In this document: positions 55,772-64,000 of the stretch, piece by piece
Layout: the number at the start of each line of letters is the position of its first letter
Position numbering within the stretch: the first letter of the stretch is position 1
DNA from: Thermoanaerobaculia bacterium
GTDB lineage: Bacteria; Acidobacteriota; Thermoanaerobaculia; Multivoradales; JAIOJS01
Length of the DNA: 64,000 bases
Reading direction: 5' to 3'
Assembly (NCBI GenBank): GCA_030429235.1
Contig: JAUIDB010000001.1
Coordinates: forward strand, 157,696 to 221,695
Made by a program: the position numbers and the translations under genes
The notes under the pieces: model-generated
What the model saw: the letters and a program-made list of their open reading frames with translations, nothing else
The model's database searches: none
What the model was told of the DNA's origin: nothing

Positions 55772-57052
55772 ATGGAGAGACCCGCGATGCACCGTTTGGT
55801 TCGTTCCGTTGCCGCCCTGACCCTGATCCTCCTCACCACGCTGCCCGCTTGGGGAGCCACCGCGCGTCTGCGGGGCACGGTCGTCGACGGCCAGGGCACT
55901 CCGATTCCCGGGGTGAAGATCACCGTCACGAGCAATGACATGCCGACCTTCCGCGAGGTTCTGACCAGCGACAAGAAGGGCAAGTTCCTGCTCGTGGTGC
56001 AGAGCCCCCAGTTCCTCTACCAGATGCAATTCGACAAGCCCGGTTACCAGAGTTTCAAGCAAGACATGCAGCTCCGCGCCACCGAGATGCTGCGCGAGGA
56101 ATTCCCCATGGACCGCGCTTCGGCGGAAGCCGTGGAGGCGGTCGCCGATCCGGCGCTGGCCGCGATCGAGGTCGGCAACGAGGCGATCAACGCCTACAAC
56201 AAAGGGGTCGCGGCCCAGCGGGCGGGTGACCTGTCGACCGCCCGCACCAAGCTGGAACAGGCACTGGCGGTTCAGGAGGACCTGGCGGTGGCGCACATCG
56301 CGCTCTCACAGGTTCTTCTGGACCAGGGCGAGTACGCCACTGCGGCGCGGCACGCCGAGCGGGGTCTCGAATTGCAGGCGGGGTCGCTCGACGCTTTGCA
56401 GGTGCGCTACGACGCCTACCGGGCGCTGGGGGAAGAGGAGAAGGCCGAAGCGGCGTCCGCCGCTCTGACCCAGGCGCAAGATGCGGCGGCGGCGGCCTTT
56501 CGTCTCTACAACGAAGGCGGTGAGGCCTTCGCGGCGGGCGATAAGGACACCGCCTTGGCCAAGTTCCAGCAGGCGGCGGAACTCGACCCCACGATCTTCG
56601 ACGCTCACCATGCCACCGCGACGCTGCTGGCCGCCCGTGGTGAGTACGCGGCCGCCAAACCCGCCGTCGAGGCCGCGCTGGCCCTGCGGCCCAACGAGGT
56701 GCGGACCTTGAGGGTGGCCTACGACACCTATCGGGAGTTGGGCCGGGACGAAGAACTCCGGGACATCGCCACCCGGCTGGCCGAGGCGGACCCCGAGTTC
56801 GGCGCCATCGGTCTGCTGCAGCAGGGCAATCGCCTCTTCCAGGCCGGCAACTCGGCCGAGGCCAAACCGCTGATGGAGCAGGCCCTCGCTCTCGACCCGG
56901 ACCTCGCCAAGGCGCACTACCTGCTGGGACTGGTGCTGGTCAACGAAGGTGACAATGCCGGCGCCAAGGCGCACTTCCAGAAGTTCCTGGCCCTCGCCCC
57001 CGACGATCCCGATGCCGCTTCGGCCCAGGGGATGATGGAGTACCTCGACTAG
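55772..57052 (+). CDS. TPR-repeat protein with an N-terminal carboxypeptidase-regulatory-like (CarbopepD_reg) beta domain, secreted
   Basis: Signal MERPAMHRLVRSVAALTLILLTTLPAWG. RLRGTVVDGQGTPIPGVKITVTS. At least 8 TPR-like repeats (AxxxLxxALxxQ). Confidence 0.7.
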   Translation: MERPAMHRLVRSVAALTLILLTTLPAWGATARLRGTVVDGQGTPIPGVKITVTSNDMPTFREVLTSDKKGKFLLVVQSPQFLYQMQFDKPGYQSFKQDMQLRATEMLREEFPMDRASAEAVEAVADPALAAIEVGNEAINAYNKGVAAQRAGDLSTARTKLEQALAVQEDLAVAHIALSQVLLDQGEYATAARHAERGLELQAGSLDALQVRYDAYRALGEEEKAEAASAALTQAQDAAAAAFRLYNEGGEAFAAGDKDTALAKFQQAAELDPTIFDAHHATATLLAARGEYAAAKPAVEAALALRPNEVRTLRVAYDTYRELGRDEELRDIATRLAEADPEFGAIGLLQQGNRLFQAGNSAEAKPLMEQALALDPDLAKAHYLLGLVLVNEGDNAGAKAHFQKFLALAPDDPDAASAQGMMEYLD

Positions 57053-57092
57053 TCCTCGCTGCCGGCCGAGACTCGCCGCACGGCGAGCGAGC

Positions 57093-58497
57093 TCACGCCG
57101 AGGGTTGGTCGAGGGTCAGGCCGCGCTCGGCGTCGGAACCCGGGATGAGGTTGTCGAGCAGCAGACCCGTGACCGCGGCCACCGCCATTCCGGTGGATCC
57201 CAGGGTCTGGGCCAGATTGGCCAGCCAGGGGGCGGCCTCCAGCGTGAGTTCCACCGGGGCGAAGCCGAGCGACGGCACGCCTCGGAAGTAGGCCGGGAGC
57301 GAGAGACCCATGAACAGGCTGAACCCGATGATCATCTGGTTGCGCTGGCTGGAGAGATCGGCCCGGGCCGTGAAAGCCAGGCCGATGGCGGCGATCAGCC
57401 CGAAGAGAGTGCAGTAGAGACCCCCCACCACCGCCGAAGGGATGGTCGCGATGGCGGCGCCGACCTTGGCCACCAGACCGAGCAGGATCAGGAGCGCCGC
57501 GGCCACGTAGGTGACGGCTCGGCTCGCTACCCGGGTCAGGGCGACCAGTCCGATGTTCTCCGTATAGCTGGTGCTGGCGAAGCCGCCCAGGATCCCGGTG
57601 AGGAAACAGGCTACGCCTTCGGCGCCGATGCCGCGATCGACCTGTTGGGCGGTCGGCTCGGGCGCCCCGGCCGCACTGGCCACGGCGTAGTAGTCGCCGA
57701 AGGACTCGATCGCCGAGGCCAGGTAGCCAGCCAGGATGGCGAGGAAGAAGCCGAGATCGAAGCGGGGAGTGCCCCAGGGGAAGAGCAGGCTGTCAGGAGA
57801 GCGGAACCAGGGAGCCGCCGCCACGGCGGCGAAGTCGACCCGGCCGAGGGCCAGGGCGATGCCGTAGCCGACCAGGACCGCCAACAGGATCGGAAAGAGG
57901 GCGAAGAACCGCGACCGGGGGGCGAGAACGAGCGAGAACAGGAACGCTCCCACGATCACGGAACCCGAAAGCAGCCAGTCCTGACCGGCCTGCGGCGCGC
58001 CGACCTGAAAGAGAGCGAGGCCGATGAGCGCGATGACCGGTCCGACCACCACCGGGCTGAGGCGCCGCCGCAGGCGGCCGAAGAGGGTGGAGTAGCCGAC
58101 GAAGACCTCCACCAGGGCGCCGCCGAGAATCGCGCCGGCGATGTACTGCATGCTCTCGGCGCCCCCGCCGGTGGCGGCGATGATCGCGAAGAAGGGCCCG
58201 AGGAAGGCGAAGGAGACCCCTTGGATGATCGGCAGACGGGTTCCGAACCGAACCTGCAGGAAGGTGGCCACGCCCGAACAGATCATCACCGAGCTGACCA
58301 GCAGCGCCGTCTGCGCCGGGCTCATCCCCATCGCCGGGCCCAGGAGCAGTGGAACCGCCACCGTGGCCCCGAACATGGTCAGGACGTGTTGTAGACCCAG
58401 GGCGAGGGCCTGGGGGGCCGGCGGCACCTCGTCGAGGCCGTAGAGCAGGGGGGTGGAGCCACTCGACGGCAGCCCGGTGGTCGGAGCGTGGGTCACG
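57093..58497 (-). CDS. Nucleobase:cation symporter-2 (xanthine/uracil permease) family transporter
   Basis: LALGLQHVLTMFGATVAVPLLLG...LPIIQGVSFAFLGPF are NCS2 motifs. GTG start near 58497. The track ORF 57093..59108 has an Arg/Pro-rich extension that I reject. Confidence 0.8.
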
Positions 58498-59155
58498 CGC
58501 CACCTCCGAGCCAGAGACCGAGGGCGAGGCCAAGGGCAAAGGCTACCGCGATCGCGAGCCGAAGGCGGACGTGGGGCGGGATCAGGTCGCGCGCCACGCC
58601 CTGGGCGACGGCGGCGGCGAAAGCTGCCTGCGACGGTGCGGCGGGAGCCTCGGGGAGTGCGTCGTCCGAACGACTCGGGGTCTCCGTGGAGTCGCCCGTC
58701 GGATGCCGCGCCGCCAGCTGGCGTTCCAGGCCGTCGAGCCCCTGGCCGGCGATGACCTTGGCCGAACTGTCGAGGAGACGTTGGCCGACGCCCGCGATCC
58801 GACCTCCCACCTGGGCGTCGAGGTCGTAGCGAAGGGTCGTTCCCGAAGCCCCGCCGTCCTCCGTCTCGACCAGCTCGACCCCTCCCTCCCCCTTGAGGAA
58901 GCCGCTCGGACCCTGTCCATCGAGGCGCATCGAGTAACCCTCGGGCGGCGCGAGCTCCGACATGGCGAGGGTGCCGCGAAAGGCCCCACGCACCGGACCG
59001 ATTGCTACCTGCAACTGCCCCTCGAAGGTCGTTTCGTCGCGGCGCTCCAGCTTCTGGCACCCGGGCAGGGTGCGCGACAGCACTTCGGGGTCCATCAGGG
59101 CGTCCCACACGGCCTGACGCGGGAAGGGCAGAAAACGTTCTCCTTGAATCTTCAT
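58493..59155 (-). CDS. coxG: CoxG-like SRPBCC protein (carbon monoxide dehydrogenase subunit G family)
   Basis: MKIQGERFLPFPRQAVWDALMDPEVLSRTLPGCQKLE matches the CoxG N-terminus. C-terminal hydrophobic helix. ATG at 59153-59155. Confidence 0.75.
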   Translation of the reverse strand: MKIQGERFLPFPRQAVWDALMDPEVLSRTLPGCQKLERRDETTFEGQLQVAIGPVRGAFRGTLAMSELAPPEGYSMRLDGQGPSGFLKGEGGVELVETEDGGASGTTLRYDLDAQVGGRIAGVGQRLLDSSAKVIAGQGLDGLERQLAARHPTGDSTETPSRSDDALPEAPAAPSQAAFAAAVAQGVARDLIPPHVRLRLAIAVAFALGLALGLWLGGGA

Positions 59156-60015
59156 CTTTTCTCTCCCATCGGAAGGGTGGGGATCGGTCGGAGTCCGAAC
59201 TCGGGTCGGGCCAATCGTCGGCTTCCGTTGTCGTGTCGGTAGGTATCGAAGAAGGCGCGCAGCGCGTGCTGCCCGGAGCTCGCTCCCCAGCCGGCGATCG
59301 CCGACAGTGCCGGCGCCAGCTCCTGGCCCGCGCCGAGGTCGAGGACCAGTCGATGCCAGGCGGCGGGCGCCTCGCCGGCGGCGGCGGCCCGCAGCCAGGC
59401 GGCGGAGACCCTGGTGGTGCGGGGGGCGTGTTCGAGGACGCAGGCTGCCGCGTGGGGCAGCCGCGGGTGCCGCAGTGCGTGCAGGGCGAAGAGACAACCG
59501 ACGAGGAGATCGTCTCCGGCTGGGGTGAGGCCGGGCCCCAGGCCGACGAGGTCGCGGATCGCGGCGGACGACCGGTCGAGCTCGGCCGCCGCCTGCCAGC
59601 TGTCTAAGAACGTCTCCCAGGCAGCCTCGAGACGCGGACCGGAGACCGGCCAGGCCTGCGCCGCCAGCGGGAGATGGGGCGGACAGGAATCCCAGGCCGG
59701 GACCGGATCGAAACGCGGCACCCGGCGCAGGCAAAGCTCGAAATCGTCGCCGACCAGTCCGCCGTCGACCACGCGCAGCCCGGCCACCCGCCCGACCCGA
59801 TTCCAGCGGTCCAGGAGCCGGTCATCTCGAGCCAGGGTAGCGAAGAGAGGGGCCCCACCACTGCCGGCGTCGGCGACCGCCGCCACCTCGCCCCGCTCGT
59901 TCTCGAAGTAGGCCGCCCGGCGACCGAGATGGATCAGCCGAGCTCGCTCGCTGGTGGCGCACCAGGCCGCGAAGCGGGGGGCGACGAGGTCCGGTCGATG
60001 CAGAGAACGGGGCAT
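59152..60015 (-). CDS. Hypothetical protein, possibly a DUF2877 (YlbF/AllG-like) family member
   Basis: 287 aa, Gly/Ala-rich. The GLGPGLTPAGDDLLVG motif stands out. The size and its clustering with a DUF1116-like gene and an FdrA-like fragment suggest the YlbF family, but I cannot confirm this by motif. Confidence 0.35.
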   Translation of the reverse strand: MPRSLHRPDLVAPRFAAWCATSERARLIHLGRRAAYFENERGEVAAVADAGSGGAPLFATLARDDRLLDRWNRVGRVAGLRVVDGGLVGDDFELCLRRVPRFDPVPAWDSCPPHLPLAAQAWPVSGPRLEAAWETFLDSWQAAAELDRSSAAIRDLVGLGPGLTPAGDDLLVGCLFALHALRHPRLPHAAACVLEHAPRTTRVSAAWLRAAAAGEAPAAWHRLVLDLGAGQELAPALSAIAGWGASSGQHALRAFFDTYRHDNGSRRLARPEFGLRPIPTLPMGEKR

Positions 60016-60025
60016 GGGCCGAGCC

Positions 60026-62389
60026 TCAGCCGGCGGAGGTGTGAGCGGCCCGGGCTCGTTGGACCAGGTGCCAGAGTTTCGAGGGGTTCAGGGGGATCTG
60101 GAGGATCTCGAGACCGGGCAGATCGAGAGCGTTCTCCAGGGCCTGGGCAAAGAGGGCCCCAGTCGGGATCGCGCCCGCTTCGCCGGCGCCTTTGGTGCCC
60201 AGTTCGTTCAGAGGGGAGACCGTCTCTTCGTGGCCGACCTCGACCCGGGGGACGTCGAGCGAGGTCGGGAGCAGAAAGTCCATCAACGAGGCGTTCATCA
60301 GCTGTCCATTCTCGTCGTAGACCAGCTCCTCGTAAAAGCAGTTGCCGATGCCCTGGGCGACACCGCCGTGCACTTGACCGTCGACGATCAGGGGGTTGAG
60401 GATGCGTCCGCAGTCGTGGACCACGACGTAGCGGTGGATCGTGACGTCGTAGGTCTCGGGATCCACCTCGAGCACCATGGCGTGAGCACCGCTGGCGGTC
60501 GCACCGCGGTGCGGACCGAAGTACCGGGTCGCCTCGAGCCCGGGCTCGGTTCCCGGAGTCACCGCGCCGCGCATCGGATTGGCTTCGGCGGCGAGGGTAC
60601 CGAGCGCCATCGAGCGCGTGGGGTCGCTGACCACGCGCACCTCCGAGTCGACGAGCTCGAGTTCGTCCTCCGTAACCTCCAGCAGGCGAGCGGCAATCGC
60701 GAGGGTCTTGGCTCGGACCTCGACCGCGGCGGCGTGGACGGCGTTGCCCGCGACCACCGCACCCCGGCTGGCGAAGGTCCCCGTGCCCCAATGGAACTGG
60801 TCGGTATCGCCGGTGATGACGTCGACCGAGGTCACCGGAACCGCCAGTTGCTCGGCCGCGATCTGGGCCAGGACGGTGTAGTGGCCCTGTCCCTGGGTTC
60901 CCACGCCGGTCACCACCGTCACCCGCCCCGAGGTCTGGATCTGCACGCGGGCGCCCTCGAAAGGTCCGATGCCGGTCCCTTCGACGTAGGCCACGACGCC
61001 GATCCCGAGGAGACGACCTTCGGCCCGGGCGTTCGGCTGCTCGGACTCCAGGAACTGGTCCCAGCCGATGCGCTGGCGTGCCTGGTCGAGCAGCGGCTCG
61101 TAGTTGCCGCTGTCGTAGACCAGGGGCTGAAAGTCCTGGTAGATGATCGTCTGGTCGACCGGGAAGTCCTCTGGTTGGAGGAAGTTGCGACGTCGCACCT
61201 CGAACGGGTCGAGATCGAGCTCTCGGGCAACCAGGTCGAGGAGTCGTTCGATGACGAAGACGCCGTGCTGGCGGCCAGCGCCGCGGTAGGGAGTGACGAT
61301 CGTCTTGTTGGTGAAGACCGCCCGCATCTCGCTGTCGTAGGCGGGGATCCGGTACGGCCCGAGCAGGGTGCATTGGCTGTTGAGGGGCACGGTGAGACCG
61401 TAGGGGTCGTAGGCGCCGGTGTCGTGGAGGAACCGATCGCGGACTCCGAGGATCCGGCCTTCGGTATCGACCGCGATCTCGGCCTCGTGGATCTGGCCCC
61501 GTTCCTGGGTCGTGGCATAGAAGTTCTCGGAGCGGTCCTCGATCCACTTCACCGGTACCCCCAGTTGCAGGGCGAGCCACGGGATCAACACCTCCTCGGG
61601 GTAGAACATCATGATCTTGGGGCCGAAGCCGCCCCCGATGAACGGCGCGATCAGGTGGACCTGGTGTTCGGACAGTCCGAGCATGGCGGCGAGGCCGTTG
61701 CGCACCGGGATCGGCGCCTGGGTCGTATCCCAGATCGTCAGGCGGTCCTCGCGGGGATCCCACTCGGCCACCACGCCGCGGTTTTCGATGGCGGCCGAGG
61801 CGCCGCGGTCGTAGTCGAAGGTCCGGGCCAGGACCAGGTGGGCTTCGGCGCGGGCCGCGGCGTAGTCTCCCCGGGACTGGGGGACGAAGGCGGCGAGGTT
61901 GGAGTCGAGGTCGTCGTGGACGCGGGCCGCATCCGGTTCCAGGGCCGCCACCAGGTCGACCACGGCCGGTAGCGGTTCGTAGTCGACGAAGATCTGCTCG
62001 ACCGCGTCCTCGGCCAGGTAGCGGCTCTCGGCCACCACCAGCGCCACCGGCTCGCCGACGTGGCGCACCTTGTCGCGCGCCAGGGGCACCTGGGTCCGTT
62101 CGTGAAACTCCATGCCGGAGACGGGGGGCGGAGGGACGAGGAGGGGTCCGGGTTGCCAGTAGTCGCCGAGGTCGTCCGCGGTGTAGACCCCCAGCACCCC
62201 GGGCATCTGGAGAGCGGCCGAGGCGTCGATCGCTCCCAGCCGGGCGTGCGCGTGGGGGCTGCGCACGAACGCCACGTGGACCATGCCCGGTCGCTGCACA
62301 TCGTCGACGAACAGAGCCCGCCCCGTGAGCAACCTGGGATCCTCGTTACGGGGGGTCCGCCGTCCGAGCACGCGCCGATCCTCGCTCAT
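60026..62389 (-). CDS. Xanthine dehydrogenase/aldehyde oxidase family molybdopterin-binding subunit
   Basis: IGGGFGPKIMMF (GGGFGxK Mo-cofactor motif). C-terminal Glu in FYEELVYDENG. 787 aa. Confidence 0.9.
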   Translation of the reverse strand: MSEDRRVLGRRTPRNEDPRLLTGRALFVDDVQRPGMVHVAFVRSPHAHARLGAIDASAALQMPGVLGVYTADDLGDYWQPGPLLVPPPPVSGMEFHERTQVPLARDKVRHVGEPVALVVAESRYLAEDAVEQIFVDYEPLPAVVDLVAALEPDAARVHDDLDSNLAAFVPQSRGDYAAARAEAHLVLARTFDYDRGASAAIENRGVVAEWDPREDRLTIWDTTQAPIPVRNGLAAMLGLSEHQVHLIAPFIGGGFGPKIMMFYPEEVLIPWLALQLGVPVKWIEDRSENFYATTQERGQIHEAEIAVDTEGRILGVRDRFLHDTGAYDPYGLTVPLNSQCTLLGPYRIPAYDSEMRAVFTNKTIVTPYRGAGRQHGVFVIERLLDLVARELDLDPFEVRRRNFLQPEDFPVDQTIIYQDFQPLVYDSGNYEPLLDQARQRIGWDQFLESEQPNARAEGRLLGIGVVAYVEGTGIGPFEGARVQIQTSGRVTVVTGVGTQGQGHYTVLAQIAAEQLAVPVTSVDVITGDTDQFHWGTGTFASRGAVVAGNAVHAAAVEVRAKTLAIAARLLEVTEDELELVDSEVRVVSDPTRSMALGTLAAEANPMRGAVTPGTEPGLEATRYFGPHRGATASGAHAMVLEVDPETYDVTIHRYVVVHDCGRILNPLIVDGQVHGGVAQGIGNCFYEELVYDENGQLMNASLMDFLLPTSLDVPRVEVGHEETVSPLNELGTKGAGEAGAIPTGALFAQALENALDLPGLEILQIPLNPSKLWHLVQRARAAHTSAG

Positions 62390-63669
62390 GACAGGTACCG
62401 ATCGGCCCAGGCCACCAGCGCCTCTTCGAACAGTTCGATCGGCGGTCGCACGAGGCCGGCTCCGACCTGGCCAACGCCGGCCTCGCGGTGCGCGATGCCG
62501 GTGTTGACTCGCGGGGTCACGCCCAGTTCGACCACCTTCTGGAGATCGATACCGACCGGCGAGCCGCGGAAATCGAGGCTGGGAATGGTGAAGTGCTCGT
62601 GCTCGGCGACGGTGATCTCGTACATCTCGAGCGTGGCGGTGAGCGCGTCCTCGGGATGCCCGCCGATGAAGGTCACGATGGCGGGGGACGCGGCCATGGC
62701 AAAGGCGCCGATGCCGGCCGTTTCGGTGATCGTCGAGTCCCCGATGTCCCGGTTGGCGTCACTGGCCGAGAACCCGGGAAAGTAGAGCCCGTCGGGGATG
62801 GCGGCGGGACCGGTGAACCAGCTGCCCCCGAGCCCGCTGACCCGGATGCCGAAGTCGGTGCCGTTGCGGGCCATGGTGGTGACCAGGGTGCTGCCCTCGA
62901 CGCCGTGCGCGGCGTCCGCCATCGCCTTGCAGGCGGCCATGACCGGGTTGAGGACCGCCAGGGCGTTGCCGCCCAGGAAGTCGAGGATCTTCCCGACCTC
63001 CGCCCCGCCCTGGTCGGCGATCGCCGGCGCCAGGTGGCGCAGGAACAGTAGCGACCCTGCCTTGTTGCGGTTGTGGCCCTCGTCGCCCATGTGCAGGGCC
63101 TCGGCCAGCAGGGCTCGTAGGTCGATGCCGGCGCCCCCTTCGATGACCCCCAGGGCGCGGCCGATCGCCGGTCCGACGCGCTGGTTCAGAAAGCGCAGAC
63201 GCTCGAGCACGTCGGGCGCGAACGCACCGTACCGCAGGACTTTGCCGTAGCCTTCGTTGAGATTGGAGTAGGTCCGGTGGCCATGTTCGACGTCGTCGAC
63301 CACGTAGACGGCCATCGAGGGGGAGATGACCCCCGCCATCGGTCCCACGGCGGCGTGGTGGTGGCAGGGCGAAAAGCGGATCGCACCCTCGGCCAGGAGG
63401 GCCTCCGCGGCGGCAGGAGTCGTGGCCCGCTCCTCGAATAGCAGGGCGCCGATCAGGGCGCCGCGGAGGGGTCCGGACATCCGCTCCCACTCGATTGGCG
63501 GTCCGGCGTGGAGCAGCGTGTCCTCGTCCAGGTCGGGGATCACGTCTCGCGCCGTGGCGACCCCGGTGAGGCGGGGGCGCGAGGCGACGAGCCGAGCGAC
63601 GGCGGTCTGGTTGGCGTGGTTGAAGTCGATCATCTGCTGCTCCGGTCGGTTTGGACGCCAGGGGGGCAC
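62386..63669 (-). CDS. Conserved hypothetical protein, DUF1116-like (YlbE/AllH-like), tentative
   Basis: 427 aa, overlapping the Mo-subunit start by 4 nt. The family call rests on size and context, not a diagnostic motif. Confidence 0.4.
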   Translation of the reverse strand: MPPWRPNRPEQQMIDFNHANQTAVARLVASRPRLTGVATARDVIPDLDEDTLLHAGPPIEWERMSGPLRGALIGALLFEERATTPAAAEALLAEGAIRFSPCHHHAAVGPMAGVISPSMAVYVVDDVEHGHRTYSNLNEGYGKVLRYGAFAPDVLERLRFLNQRVGPAIGRALGVIEGGAGIDLRALLAEALHMGDEGHNRNKAGSLLFLRHLAPAIADQGGAEVGKILDFLGGNALAVLNPVMAACKAMADAAHGVEGSTLVTTMARNGTDFGIRVSGLGGSWFTGPAAIPDGLYFPGFSASDANRDIGDSTITETAGIGAFAMAASPAIVTFIGGHPEDALTATLEMYEITVAEHEHFTIPSLDFRGSPVGIDLQKVVELGVTPRVNTGIAHREAGVGQVGAGLVRPPIELFEEALVAWADRYLS

Positions 63670-63676
63670 CGGCGAG

Positions 63677-64000
63677 TCAGCCCCGTTTCATACGTTCGAG
63701 AATGGAGGCGAGCCGTGGATTCCCCCCGGCCGGGGGGCGCCAGTCGACGGCCACGACTTCGGTTCCTTGTCCGGTCAGCGACTCGGCGAACGAGTCGAGG
63801 CCGAGGTGGATCACGGGTGCTGCTGCGAGGGCCGAGGCATCGACCGGGGTGTGGTCGCTCGGCGGCACGGGGCCGAGGTGGCGGCCTGCGATCCAGGCCA
63901 CGAGCTCACCGACCGTGGTGAAGACCTGGGCCCCGGTCTCGGCCAGTCGCCGGCGCTGAGCCTCTCGGTCCTGGGGGTCGTCGCGACTGCCGACCAGGAG
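63677..64000 (-). CDS. C-terminal fragment of a gene continuing beyond the right window edge (FdrA/CoA-ligase-like?)
   Basis: The frame stays open upstream of the track Met at 63901 to the window end: LLVGSRDDPQDREAQRRRLAETGAQVFTTVGELVAWIAGRHLGP.... Same strand as the DUF1116-like gene, with a 7-nt spacing. Confidence 0.3.
   Translation of the reverse strand, partial: LLVGSRDDPQDREAQRRRLAETGAQVFTTVGELVAWIAGRHLGPVPPSDHTPVDASALAAAPVIHLGLDSFAESLTGQGTEVVAVDWRPPAGGNPRLASILERMKRG

Noticed and set aside
58498-59108. N-terminal extension of the 671-aa ORF upstream of the NCS2 permease (and likewise the 413-aa ORF extension upstream of coxG, 59156-59734)
   Set aside because: Low-complexity Arg/Pro/Gly sequence overlapping the real coxG and DUF2877-like genes. 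The transporter and CoxG motifs begin at the internal starts.
59934-61763. 609-aa minus-strand ORF and the 672-aa + ORF (59954..61972) over the Mo-subunit gene
   Set aside because: Shadow ORFs of the xanthine-dehydrogenase-family gene (GGGFGxK present in frame 60026-62389).

Overview
This is a high-GC (~70%) bacterial chromosomal segment. The six-frame ORF track is dense with spurious antisense and arginine/proline-rich ORFs, so I called genes by recognisable protein motifs, start-codon context and tight operon packing, and I treated many track N-termini as artefactual extensions. All family names below come from recalled motifs, not searches.

The core content is housekeeping:
- ruvA and ruvB
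- a membrane-anchored PpiD-like parvulin chaperone
- the full cell-shape operon mreB-mreC-mreD-mrdA(PBP2)-rodA-rng
- divIVA, yggS, a COG1579 zinc-ribbon protein and one tRNA(CAT)
- a soluble lytic transglycosylase
- rpsU, mutS2, dnaG and rpoD

Accessory content falls into several groups:
- A glycoconjugate-modification locus at the left edge: two GT-C (PMT/ArnT-like) membrane glycosyltransferases, a sulfatase-family protein lacking the formylglycine motif, a GT4, an AsnB-family amidotransferase and a DAGK-type lipid kinase.
- An ABC-2 (Wzm/Wzt-like) polysaccharide exporter with a coupled DUF3467 small protein.
- A second envelope polysaccharide locus: SDR, CysE-like acetyltransferase, GT2, Wzy_C ligase/polymerase, PQQ propeller.
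- Peptidases of families M3 and M49-like.
- An acyl-CoA synthetase coupled to hutI.
- At the right edge, a purine/ureide-catabolism-like cluster: NCS2 nucleobase permease, CoxG, an orphan xanthine-dehydrogenase-family Mo subunit, and FdrA/DUF1116/DUF2877-like genes.

The more unusual items are:
- a Kdo-kinase-like domain fused to a ~450-aa uncharacterised domain
- an HhH protein with a histone-H1-like lysine tail
- a 644-aa protein with a ~350-aa acidic disordered core upstream of slt
- a nucleotidyltransferase-like gene embedded in the divIVA-hutI operon
- the split oxamate-carbamoyltransferase-like/Mo-hydroxylase cluster

No CRISPR array, transposase or integrase was seen.
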